Numbered from the stretch's first letter, positions 16,782 through 25,865 are shown. The stretch is 64,000 nucleotides of DNA from an uncultured Spirochaetota bacterium (GCA_963845535.1 CAWJSK010000012.1:722339-786338); one strand, 5' to 3'. Numbers and translations are program-made. Notes: generated from the sequence alone by a model not told the origin.

Positions 16782-18845
16782 CTATTTCCCCAATACAGGC
16801 AATCTGATTATCATTTCCGCGCCTCCCAATAAGCTGTGCTCAACTGCGTCGACCTCCCCGCCAAGATCGGAAACACTGTCTCTTACTATCGCCAAGCCCA
16901 AGCCCGTTCCATTCCTTCTGGTCGTTTCACCTGGCAGCCAAATATCCCGCTTCGAGATGCCAATTATGCCCGGACCGTTGTCTTGCACGTTCAGCGAGAA
17001 CAAGCCACTTTCTACGCTGGTCTGAATATGAATAATGCGTCTCCCAACGGTAGATTCCTCGAGAGCAGCCAAGGAATTGTTCAAGAGATTGGTAACAATG
17101 GACTCGATTGCAGCTTCACTTCCTCGCAAATAGGGAGAACCTTCGCAGTAGGTTGCTAATACTTCAACATCGCGGCCTTCTGTGAAAGGCTTGAAAGTCT
17201 CCAGCACGCCGCGGATAACTTGATTCAGTTCGACTCGCGTAAGTCTACGTTTTTCGTGATCGAGCAACTTCGAAGTAACCGCACTAAGAACCGAAAGCCT
17301 CTCTGTAGCCCTGACGATCGTTTGGACTGGCCTTTCTAGCTGTTGTGAATAGGCGACGCCCAGTGCAGCACGGGCTCTCCGCTCAATCGCATCAACTGCT
17401 ATGGTGATTGCTTTTAGGGGGTTCCCTTTCGATTCGTGTGCAAAAGTCGCTGCGGTTATTCCTGCGGTGCTAAGAGTCCGGTAGAGTTGGATTTCTCGTC
17501 GGAGTTTGTCTTTGTCTGATTCTTGAGCGCGCTCATACGCTTCTGCGGCTTTCTTGATTTGCTCGCGGGCCGGCTCATGAGCCCTTTCAATTGCTTCAAA
17601 TAGCTTCTTCTTAGTTGGCTTTTCCGCCTCCAAGGCGACCGATCTTTCTTTTGCCCGCCGCGCTTGAGCGACGTCAAGGCGTCTACGCGCCATCCACTCA
17701 CATGTATCTTGCGCAAACCGTCGTAATTCCCGAAAACTCTCGGTTTCGATAAAACCAGACCGATCAGTCTTTTGAAGGAGGACGGCGCTTCTGTCAAAAG
17801 CGACGACGCGCCCAATCACAGTATTTGTGCTAGGTCGTTCCTCAGGGCTACGTACACGAGCGAGGTTGAGCTCAAGCCAATCATTTCCTGGATCTCCGTA
17901 TGGCGAAACCCGCAACTCGTTTTGATATAGATGGACCCCTCCGAAAACATCAAGCCACCGTCGGACCTCGCCAATTGTTGAACTCCGAGTTGAGAAAGTC
18001 GTACTGTCAAGTATAAAAACCCAGAGATCGAATTTTGCGGAAGGGCAACGATAATGCTGATTGCTTCCTTGGGTCAATTCATCGTGAGTAGTTACAAAAA
18101 TCTGCTTCCCTTTCCAATCAACAATGGAAGCATTTGCTCGACCATTTTTATCCACAGTCGCGATAAGATGATATTCAGCATCATCAAAATAGCGTTGCTG
18201 AACAAGTTTCTCAAATTCGGCAAACTCAGGCGCAATTAGGACAGGCCTAAATCCCTCTGGGCTATCGCCAAAGGGATCTGCGAGAAGGATTAGCTCCCGC
18301 GCTAGTCTTCTAACGTCAGACCGAGTGATCTCCGTTGTCAGATCTTCTAGATAGATCGTCGTTCCGTGGGAATCATTTTCTTTTCGTTGAGAGGACTCAA
18401 TTGTTAGATTTACTTCCTCTACTATCTCCGCCCGTTCAAAATCCTTCCAGTCAATAAGCAGGTTATGCTCTTGCCTCGAATCTTCTTTTGGCCTGGTCGT
18501 CAGCAACGCTCGACTCCCAAGACGTAAGGCAGCAAGTCGTCCCAGCCCCTTGCTTCCGGATGGAGTTCTGCCCAAAATGGTTCGTTCAGCCACTAGCTTC
18601 CCGGAACGCCCCAACACAAGCCAGCCAGTGATGATTTCGTCAACACCCATTCCACTTCCATCATCGCTTACAGTAATAGTTCCGCCAGCTCTCTCGGTAT
18701 TCGTCAGGAGTATAGTGCAAGAGTGTGCGTCGGCGTCGTAAGCATTCTTTGCAAGCTCCAGAATTCCTCTATCCGGATGAGGGTTTAACTCCTCCCCAAG
18801 GCGACGCAAAATGTCTGGAGCAAATCGGAACTGTGCTTTGATCAT
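16782..18845 (-). CDS. Dual-GHKL protein: N-terminal MORC/Hsp90-like ATPase fused to a C-terminal histidine-kinase core
   Basis: N-terminal Bergerat boxes: ELAKNAYDA, VSDDGSGMG, GSKGLGRLA. A coiled-coil-like K/E/R-rich stretch spans about aa 390-455. H-box TFAHESKGNPL (His470 codon 17436-17438); N-box NLLNNSLAAL; G1 VQDNGPGI; G2 GTGLGLAIV. Confidence 0.8.
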   Translation of the reverse strand: MIKAQFRFAPDILRRLGEELNPHPDRGILELAKNAYDADAHSCTILLTNTERAGGTITVSDDGSGMGVDEIITGWLVLGRSGKLVAERTILGRTPSGSKGLGRLAALRLGSRALLTTRPKEDSRQEHNLLIDWKDFERAEIVEEVNLTIESSQRKENDSHGTTIYLEDLTTEITRSDVRRLARELILLADPFGDSPEGFRPVLIAPEFAEFEKLVQQRYFDDAEYHLIATVDKNGRANASIVDWKGKQIFVTTHDELTQGSNQHYRCPSAKFDLWVFILDSTTFSTRSSTIGEVRRWLDVFGGVHLYQNELRVSPYGDPGNDWLELNLARVRSPEERPSTNTVIGRVVAFDRSAVLLQKTDRSGFIETESFRELRRFAQDTCEWMARRRLDVAQARRAKERSVALEAEKPTKKKLFEAIERAHEPAREQIKKAAEAYERAQESDKDKLRREIQLYRTLSTAGITAATFAHESKGNPLKAITIAVDAIERRARAALGVAYSQQLERPVQTIVRATERLSVLSAVTSKLLDHEKRRLTRVELNQVIRGVLETFKPFTEGRDVEVLATYCEGSPYLRGSEAAIESIVTNLLNNSLAALEESTVGRRIIHIQTSVESGLFSLNVQDNGPGIIGISKRDIWLPGETTRRNGTGLGLAIVRDSVSDLGGEVDAVEHSLLGGAEMIIRLPVLGK

Positions 18846-18846
18846 G

Positions 18847-20136
18847 CTACTTATCCCACCAAGGGGTCTCCCTTATTGCCGCAACCGTAAGGTGCCGGCA
18901 TCTAATACGTGAATTGAGCCAATCGCTAGTCCTCGATCTTTTCATTCTTTGAATCAATTGACGACACGTCTTCACCTGCCCATTACGAGGACTGCACACA
19001 ATCAAGTGATTCTCGACCGCGACGGGTCGCGCTCCCGTAATTAGTGTACATATCGCCCTGTGACCATCTTCAGGTCTAGACGTTCGGCGGATTACGACAA
19101 ATGGCGGCTCGAAAAGGCGTCCTTTAAAACGCCGCCTCTCTCTGATTCGTTTGACTTGACTCCAACTAGGAACCGATCGTGCATGGAGGTACGCCACCAC
19201 AAAACCTCTTTGTGGATGGCGATGGGGAACGACCGATCCGACGTGCACGTCGAACAAATCGCCGACAAGGATTTGCCCTTTGTTTGGCCTGCCAAACCAA
19301 AGCTGGTTTTGAGATTTCTTTGGAAATGGCTTCTTTTTCGTATCAAGGATGAATACGTCAATATCAGCCCAAGGATCAAAAAGCCCACAAGATCGGACAC
19401 TTCCTACAGAACTATTTTCGGAAACCATATCTCGCCATCTCTCGAAGCGGCTTCCAGAGCGCAGCACGTCCGGCAGGATTGCTGTAATTCGTGTTCCGGC
19501 AGATGAATTAATAAGACTCGCCTCAAGGAAGACTGCTGCCGCCGTTAGCTTGCCAGCCGCCCAATTGCATCCTTTGGGCGCTTTTACGAAGCCATAAGGT
19601 GGATTCATAATGACCCAAGAGGCTCTTACGAACAGATCAGTGGCAGTAAGCCCGTTATCGACTCGGATGAGAGGAAATAGCAAATTCAGTTCTGAGATCT
19701 CGCACCTTACGGAATCTCCCGTTCGTTGTCGCGCCATCATGAGTAGCCTTGCCTTGGCCGCTCTCACAAACTCTTTATTGGTGTCGCACCCCGTTAAATG
19801 AGAACCCCAAAAATCAAGGGTAGCAACGAGACTGGGAAGGACGGGCAGACGCTGAGCGGCAGCTAGCAACAGGTCGCCGGCGCCGCAGGTAGGATCAAAG
19901 AATACAGGCATCAGGGTTGAACTGTCGAAATGTGGAACAGCTCGCCTTGCGAGAGTTCTTCCAGTAAAAAATGCGCCAATCCTGCGACGCGTTTTGAGAC
20001 TCAGAACACCTGCGAGTTGGCGACCAGGCTCCCCGTCAAGTGCAAGGGCAACGCTCTTTGTCCAATCATTTCCTTCGATTGCGGGCTGAGTCGCCATACT
20101 TTCTAGCTGTTCAACATAGGGCCGAAAAGCTTTCAT
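18847..20136 (-). CDS. Gamma-class N6-adenine DNA methyltransferase with a TaqI-like C-terminal target-recognition domain
   Basis: GAFFTG (motif X-like), FFDPTCGAGDLL (motif I, 19873-19896), IMNPPYG (motif IV, NPPY at 19594-19605). RBS AAGGTGG lies upstream of ATG 20136. Confidence 0.85.
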   Translation of the reverse strand: MKAFRPYVEQLESMATQPAIEGNDWTKSVALALDGEPGRQLAGVLSLKTRRRIGAFFTGRTLARRAVPHFDSSTLMPVFFDPTCGAGDLLLAAAQRLPVLPSLVATLDFWGSHLTGCDTNKEFVRAAKARLLMMARQRTGDSVRCEISELNLLFPLIRVDNGLTATDLFVRASWVIMNPPYGFVKAPKGCNWAAGKLTAAAVFLEASLINSSAGTRITAILPDVLRSGSRFERWRDMVSENSSVGSVRSCGLFDPWADIDVFILDTKKKPFPKKSQNQLWFGRPNKGQILVGDLFDVHVGSVVPHRHPQRGFVVAYLHARSVPSWSQVKRIRERRRFKGRLFEPPFVVIRRTSRPEDGHRAICTLITGARPVAVENHLIVCSPRNGQVKTCRQLIQRMKRSRTSDWLNSRIRCRHLTVAAIRETPWWDK

Positions 20137-20350
20137 TTTTCCACCTTGGGATGATAACAGAAACCCGCCGTGAAATGAAATGCCAATTCCAGCACTCCCC
20201 TGTCGGACATACTCGCAGCCTTCTGAGATTTGTTACAGAGAGTCACGCCAGGGCAAAAACCCGGGCACGTAATCGTTTACAATTGCGGATGACATTTATT
20301 AATATAGTGACACGTCACGTAACCATTTGTTAGGGAGCTTGTCAACCAAA

Positions 20351-21169
20351 ATGAGTGTAATCCGCGGCACAACCATCCTTCTCACGGGCGCCACGGGCGG
20401 GATTGGCCTGGCCTGCGCGCGCGCCCTTGCAAGCTCGGGCGCCAGGCTGCTCCTTCATGGGCGGGACACGGGGAAACTCCGCTCCGCGGCGGAAGAGGCA
20501 GCCAGGCTTGGCGCAAGCGTGGATACGTTCGTCGCTGACCTGTCCTCCCTGAAGGAAACCGCGACCCTGGCCCGTGAGGCGGCGCGGGCGGGCCCGCTTG
20601 ACGTCCTCATCAACAACGCCGGCGTCGGTTTCGGGCGGGACGGCAACAGGCGGGAGCTGAGCAGGGACGGGCACGAGCTGCGTTTCGCGGTGAACTACCT
20701 GGCCCCGTTTCTCCTCACGGAGGAGCTGCTGGCCCGGGGCATGCCGAAGCTCGCGGTAATCAACGTGGCTTCCGCCGGCCAGGAGGCCCTGGATTTCGAC
20801 GACCTCCTGAGTGAGCGCGGTTACAGCGGCGTACGGGCATACTGTCGGAGCAAGCTCGCCCTGATCATGATGAGCTTCGACCTGGCCGCGCTCCATCCGA
20901 CGCTCCAGGTCCAGGCGCTGCACCCCGGGACCTACCTCGACACGGGCATGGTGCGTGAAGCGGGTATCACGCCGCTGGGGCCGGTCAGCCAGGGCGTGGA
21001 GTCCATCCTCGCCGTCCTGACGACGGCTCTCACCGGCGGAGCATCAGGGGGCTACTTCGACCGGGCCAGGCCCGCGCGCGCACTCGCGCAGGCGTACAAC
21101 ATAGCAGCCCGGCAGAGGTTGAGGGAGGCAAGTCTGAAGCTCATCAACCCCTGGCGCTCCGAGCTCTAA
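20351..21169 (+). CDS. Short-chain dehydrogenase/reductase (SDR)
   Basis: TGATGGIG cofactor motif and the catalytic YCRSK. Confidence 0.85.
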   Translation: MSVIRGTTILLTGATGGIGLACARALASSGARLLLHGRDTGKLRSAAEEAARLGASVDTFVADLSSLKETATLAREAARAGPLDVLINNAGVGFGRDGNRRELSRDGHELRFAVNYLAPFLLTEELLARGMPKLAVINVASAGQEALDFDDLLSERGYSGVRAYCRSKLALIMMSFDLAALHPTLQVQALHPGTYLDTGMVREAGITPLGPVSQGVESILAVLTTALTGGASGGYFDRARPARALAQAYNIAARQRLREASLKLINPWRSEL

Positions 21170-21504
21170 AAGCTCACCATCAAGCCGACCCCATAAAGGC
21201 AGTCGGGCCCGGCGGAGCAGTCCTGAAAGAGGACCCCGACGTGAGCGGGCAAATCTTTGCTTATGGAACGAGTCGAAAGCAGAGGGAGATACCCTGAGGT
21301 AAAACCCTCAGACGAAAGGATCGGAGGGGAGACCAGGCTGGCGTGACTGCCTAGAACGCCTGCTCCGGGGCTTCCGCTCGAAAGCTCGATCGGACTGCCC
21401 TTCGTGTCGTCCCGTTGGTCAGTCACACGAGGATTGGCCCAGAGCGGAATGCAGGATGCGAGCAGCACGATACAGAGCAAAGGGAGAAGGTATTTGCTAC
21501 CCAT
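21166..21504 (-). CDS. Small putative lipoprotein
   Basis: Signal peptide with lipobox MGSKYLLPLLCIVLLAS-C. No recognisable domain. Confidence 0.5.
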   Translation of the reverse strand: MGSKYLLPLLCIVLLASCIPLWANPRVTDQRDDTKGSPIELSSGSPGAGVLGSHASLVSPPILSSEGFTSGYLPLLSTRSISKDLPAHVGVLFQDCSAGPDCLYGVGLMVSF

Positions 21505-21562
21505 ACTCTTCCACCTCCGTATGTTGCTACGGCAAATTTAAACAAAAACCGGGCAGCCGTCT

Positions 21563-22090
21563 CTATTCCAGCTTGAGCTTGCGAAGCTTGGGCGTTATGA
21601 CCACCCGGCAGTATCCGGCGCTCGTGTGGGTGTTGTAGTAGTTCTGATGATAGTCTTCGGCTTTCCAGAAAGTTTCCAGCGGACGTATCTCCGTCACAAT
21701 GGGATCATGCCAGTTCTTTTGCTCTTTCTTCCGGGAGGCTTCCGCGACGCTCTTTTGCTTCTCTCCCATAGTGACGATGATGGAACGGTACTGGGTCCCC
21801 ACGTCCGCCCCCTGCCGGTTCGGCGTCGTGGGGTCATGGGCGTGCCAGAACACATCGAGCAGCTCCTCGTAGCTGATGAGCTGCGGGTCGAACTCGACGC
21901 GCACCACTTCCGCGTGGCCGGTCTCTCCCGTGCAAACCTGCTCATAGGTCGGCTCGGGGGCGGAGCCTCCGGCATATCCCGAGGTCACCGACACCACGCC
22001 TTCGATCCGCTGGAGCACCGCCTCCAGGCACCAGAAACAGCCGCCGCCGAACGTTGCCGTTTCATGACGGCTGGGCTGACCTCCATCCAT
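21563..22090 (-). CDS. msrA: Peptide methionine (S)-S-oxide reductase
   Basis: Active-site GGGCFWCLEAV, then HAEVVRVEFDP and HDPTTPNRQG. Confidence 0.92.
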   Translation of the reverse strand: MDGGQPSRHETATFGGGCFWCLEAVLQRIEGVVSVTSGYAGGSAPEPTYEQVCTGETGHAEVVRVEFDPQLISYEELLDVFWHAHDPTTPNRQGADVGTQYRSIIVTMGEKQKSVAEASRKKEQKNWHDPIVTEIRPLETFWKAEDYHQNYYNTHTSAGYCRVVITPKLRKLKLE

Positions 22091-22155
22091 CTCGGCCTCC
22101 CAGGGGAGAATCTACATAGGAAAGAGTTGGTCGGACAGCAGGCGGTGGCGCGGGC

Positions 22156-23880
22156 TCAGCGCGCGGCTTCCGCGAACAGGTAGCGCTTTACCTTGCGCGT
22201 GGAGGTCTTGGGCAGCTCCACCGCGGATAGCTCGAAGCTCTGCGGGATCTTGTAGCGGGCCGCGCCCGCGGTGCATTTCTGAATCTCCGCGCGCACGATC
22301 CCGCGCAGCTCCTCATCACTCAGGCTCTTCCCGGGCCGCAGGGACGCCAGCACTTCGGGGTCGGGGTAGATGATGGCATGGGGATACTCGCCGCCCTCGG
22401 CGTCCAGCTTCCCAACCACCACGACCTCGGAGAGCAGCGGGCTTGCCTGGAGAAGGTTCTCGATCTCCTCGGGGTAGATGTTCTTCCCGCCCTTGGTGAC
22501 GATGATGTTCTTCAATCGTCCCGTGATGTACAGGTAGCCGTCCTCATCGAGCTTGCCGATGTCGCCGGTGTGAAGCCAGCCCTCCGCGTCTATGACCTCA
22601 GCCGTCTTCTCGGGCATTCCGTAGTATCCGAGCATCACGTTGGAGCCGCGCGCAAGGATCTCTCCGTTGCCGTTGTGGTCCGGACCGTCGATGCGCACCT
22701 CGACGTTGGACAGGGGCAGCCCCACGGATCCGGGCTTGTTGTGCGCAGGGCAGGTGTTGGAGATCACCGGCGAGGTCTCGGTGAGGCCGTACCCCTGGAA
22801 CGTCACGAGGCCCAGGGCATCCATCCCGTCGATAACGTCCTTGGCAATCGGCCCGCCGCCGGAGACGAAGAAGCGCAGCTTCGAGACTCCCAGCTCACGG
22901 GCCACCGATGCGAAGAGCAGCTTCCCCAGCCTGACATGCAGCACCTTGAAGAAGAACGAGCTCACGGCGAACAGGAGGCGGAACAGGACCCGTACGAGCG
23001 CCCCCTTTGCTTTCACGTTTGCCAGGATCCCTTTGTAGATCTTTTCCACCAGGAGGGGCATGGCAGGCACGCAGGTGGCACCGGTGTCCTTCATGATCCC
23101 GATGAGCACGTTCGTCTTCATGGAGGGGACGCTGGTGATCCTTCCGTAACTGAGAAGAGGAGTAAACACACCAAGGCTCGTGGGATAGGTGTGGTGGAAG
23201 GGCAGGACGATGATCCAGTTGTCTCCCGGTCCCAGCGGCGTGGTCATCTGCACGCCGTCTCCGTTCTCCACGAGGTTCCTGTGGGAAAGCATCACGCCCT
23301 TGGGGGTGCCCGTGGTGCCGGACGTGAAGATGAGGGCGGCAAGATCATCCGGAGCCACCTCGGCGCGGGCGTACGCGCTGTCTCCGGCTGACATCAGTCT
23401 CCTGCCGTTCTGCGCCAGGGATGCAAACGTCTCGGGTGCGCCGGGCACGTCATCGAAGAAGACGAGGCGCTTCACTGCGTCCCCCGCGGCGTTCCGCACC
23501 TTCTCCTGGTATTCGGCCGACGTGAAGATGATCCGTGCTTCACTTGCCCGGATGATGGAAGCCAGCTCCTCGGTCTTCAACAATATGTCATAGGGAACGA
23601 TCACCGCGCCGACGGCGGTCACGGCAAGGTACGTGATGACCCATTCGCTTCTGTTCTCCGAGATGAGGCCCACCTTGTCGGCCTTACTGACCCCTGATGC
23701 AAGCAGCGCGGTTGCCAGGGCGCGGATGTGCTCCTGCAGCTCCCCATAGGTAATGGTCCAGTATCCGGTCTCCCGCTTCATTGTCAGCGCGGGGACGCCC
23801 AGCATGGATTCACTGAAGCGCTCGATCATCTCCCGGATCGAGTGGACGTTGCGGGATTCCGCCACCTTGTTGACCTGCAT
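22156..23880 (-). CDS. Long-chain fatty acid-CoA ligase (AMP-dependent synthetase)
   Basis: AMP-binding motif TSGTTGTPKGVMLSHRN, then GYGLTE, GWLHTGDIG and GKNIYPEEIE; 574 aa. Confidence 0.88.
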   Translation of the reverse strand: MQVNKVAESRNVHSIREMIERFSESMLGVPALTMKRETGYWTITYGELQEHIRALATALLASGVSKADKVGLISENRSEWVITYLAVTAVGAVIVPYDILLKTEELASIIRASEARIIFTSAEYQEKVRNAAGDAVKRLVFFDDVPGAPETFASLAQNGRRLMSAGDSAYARAEVAPDDLAALIFTSGTTGTPKGVMLSHRNLVENGDGVQMTTPLGPGDNWIIVLPFHHTYPTSLGVFTPLLSYGRITSVPSMKTNVLIGIMKDTGATCVPAMPLLVEKIYKGILANVKAKGALVRVLFRLLFAVSSFFFKVLHVRLGKLLFASVARELGVSKLRFFVSGGGPIAKDVIDGMDALGLVTFQGYGLTETSPVISNTCPAHNKPGSVGLPLSNVEVRIDGPDHNGNGEILARGSNVMLGYYGMPEKTAEVIDAEGWLHTGDIGKLDEDGYLYITGRLKNIIVTKGGKNIYPEEIENLLQASPLLSEVVVVGKLDAEGGEYPHAIIYPDPEVLASLRPGKSLSDEELRGIVRAEIQKCTAGAARYKIPQSFELSAVELPKTSTRKVKRYLFAEAAR

Positions 23881-23889
23881 GGCCGACTC

Positions 23890-24402
23890 CTACCTCACCA
23901 CGAGCTTTCCGAAGACCGCCGCCGCCTGCACAACGAGCGCCGGGGCGCCGTCCTTGTACGAGGGGGAGGTATACACGGTGTCCCCGAAGGAGACCGAGCG
24001 GCCGTCAGGCCCCTCCACCGTGCCGAACGCAGCGGACATGTCGATGCGCACCGGCAGCGCCGGGTCGATCTTCAGGACTCCGCTCCCGAAGACGACATTC
24101 ACGTGGGTGCGCAGGTCCCCCGCGCCCAGCCTCACGTCGGTAAGGTCCACGTCCCCGCTTCCGAAGATGATGTTGTAGTCCCTGTCCCACCCTGCCGTGT
24201 ATCTCTGGTGGGATTCGAGAAAGGGCTGGGGACGGTTCATGAACGGCCCGCCCACCAGGACACGGATCCCCACGTACACGAACAGGACGGCAACGATGAG
24301 CCGAACTACCGGGACATGGAAAGGGACGAAACGCCGCAGGATGAACCACACCCCGACGGCAATGAGGAGGACCCCCCAGAAGATCCCATCGATCAGAGGC
24401 AT
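23890..24402 (-). CDS. LiaF-like membrane protein
   Basis: Two N-terminal TM helices. The C-terminal repeats IIFGSGDVDL / VVFGSGVLKI / AAFGTVEGP resemble the LiaF C-terminal domain. Confidence 0.55.
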   Translation of the reverse strand: MPLIDGIFWGVLLIAVGVWFILRRFVPFHVPVVRLIVAVLFVYVGIRVLVGGPFMNRPQPFLESHQRYTAGWDRDYNIIFGSGDVDLTDVRLGAGDLRTHVNVVFGSGVLKIDPALPVRIDMSAAFGTVEGPDGRSVSFGDTVYTSPSYKDGAPALVVQAAAVFGKLVVR

Positions 24403-24500
24403 AGGCGTTTCTCCTTGGACTCACCCATTTAAAAACGGCCTGATGGTGGTGTCAAGCATTGGGGCGCAGGGAACGGGTACCGGGGCTGCGTAGCGAAGCG

Positions 24501-25865
24501 CTACTCCTTCAGTCGGCGGATTTCCGCATTGATCCTGTCCCGCATCCATTCCTGCTCCCGCCCGGACAAGGATTCTCCGAACCTCACCGTACGCGCTCCG
24601 AGGTCCATGAGGAGGTACGAGCGGGATCTGTACTCCCGTTCATACCCGGAGCGTCGGTAGTATGATCGGCCCTCCTGTACAGTGCACTGTCCAACGTCGT
24701 CAAGCCGGAGTTTCGTCTCACGGCGAAAGAAGAGGAACTTCCGCGCGTAGGTGAGCCCGTCCGCCTCGATGGTGATACCCACCTTGCCGAAGAAGGTGAA
24801 AAGGGACCGGGAAACGATGAGGGCTCCCACGATCCAGAAGGGCAGCGAGAAAAGTCGAAAGCCCAGAGGCGCCCCGGCGCTCGTCGCGGTATACGTCCAG
24901 AACGCCACCATACCAAGCCAGAATATCCCAAACCCTCCGAAGGCTGACCGCCTGCTCCCGCGTTCGGGGATCTCGAGGTGCAACCGCTCATCCCGCTCAT
25001 CCAGGCTGATCCGGGAACCGTGCGGCAAAGGCTGCGGCAGCTTCTGGGCGTCAGCCGCGGCAACCTTTTCGCCTCGAAGGAGCGCCGCGGCGGCAGGGAC
25101 GGGAAGCGTGCGACGCGCCTCATCAGGTTCGAGCCAGTTCCCGAGCACGCGCGCAAGACCAGGAGAAGAGATCTCCGCCACGGAGCGGACGTCAATCTTC
25201 ATGTCGCGCGTGGGAAGGTCCGCGGGGTTCCTGTGCGTAAGAAGGAAGAGGAGCGTGGCCGCCGCCGCGTAGAGGTCGGAGCGTACGGTTGCGCGGCCAG
25301 TGAACTGTTCCAGCGGAGTGTAGCCCGGAGTGCCGATGATCGTTGAGCTTGCCACCCCGGAAACGCGGATGGCATCCTGGACGCCGCCGAAGTCCAGCAG
25401 GAAGACTTCCCCGTCATCGCGCTGAATGATGTTTCGCGGATTGATGTCCCGGTGGATCACCGGGGGACGCACGGAATGGATGTAATCCACGACGGAAAGC
25501 AGTCGGACGCCAAGGTCGCAAATCTCTTTTTCCGTTGCGCGCCAGCCCGCCTCCACTTTTTCCTGGAGGCATTTCCCCTCCACGAACTCCCGCACAAGGA
25601 CAAACCGCGCCGTGCCCTCCAGCTCCGCGCGGAAGAAGTCCTTGTAGGCGGGGATGCGCTCGTGATGGAGCGCCTTGAGCACCGCCGCCTCCCTCTCGAA
25701 AAGCTCGACGGCTTTCCAGTCCGAAAGCAGGTCGAGATGGAGGAGCTTGGCCACGGCCGAGGAGCCGTCCTTTGTGTCCCTGACAAGGTAGGTGATGCCC
25801 GCGCCGCCTCTGCCCAGCTCGCGCTCGATCCTGTACCTGTCCGCCAGCAAGTCCCCGACCCTCAT
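24501..25865 (-). CDS. Ser/Thr protein kinase with a C-terminal two-TM domain
   Basis: Hanks motifs GRGGAGITYLV, AVAK, HRDINPRNII, DFG and GTPGYTPLE. First ATG at 25865; the ORF-track start 25883 is a TTG. Confidence 0.88.
   Translation of the reverse strand: MRVGDLLADRYRIERELGRGGAGITYLVRDTKDGSSAVAKLLHLDLLSDWKAVELFEREAAVLKALHHERIPAYKDFFRAELEGTARFVLVREFVEGKCLQEKVEAGWRATEKEICDLGVRLLSVVDYIHSVRPPVIHRDINPRNIIQRDDGEVFLLDFGGVQDAIRVSGVASSTIIGTPGYTPLEQFTGRATVRSDLYAAAATLLFLLTHRNPADLPTRDMKIDVRSVAEISSPGLARVLGNWLEPDEARRTLPVPAAAALLRGEKVAAADAQKLPQPLPHGSRISLDERDERLHLEIPERGSRRSAFGGFGIFWLGMVAFWTYTATSAGAPLGFRLFSLPFWIVGALIVSRSLFTFFGKVGITIEADGLTYARKFLFFRRETKLRLDDVGQCTVQEGRSYYRRSGYEREYRSRSYLLMDLGARTVRFGESLSGREQEWMRDRINAEIRRLKE

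Larger units (their letters stand above)
15100..20320. other. Low-GC genomic island carrying a four-gene candidate defence operon
   Basis: Hand-counted GC of sampled 60-nt lines is 38-58% inside and 58-72% in the flanks. All four genes are on the minus strand with 1-2 nt gaps. No integrase, tRNA or flanking direct repeat was recognised. Confidence 0.7.

Noticed and set aside
20307-20318. Inverted repeat GTGAC-ac-GTCAC in the island/SDR intergenic region, a possible operator.
   Set aside because: It has only 5-bp arms and a single occurrence, which is too weak to call.
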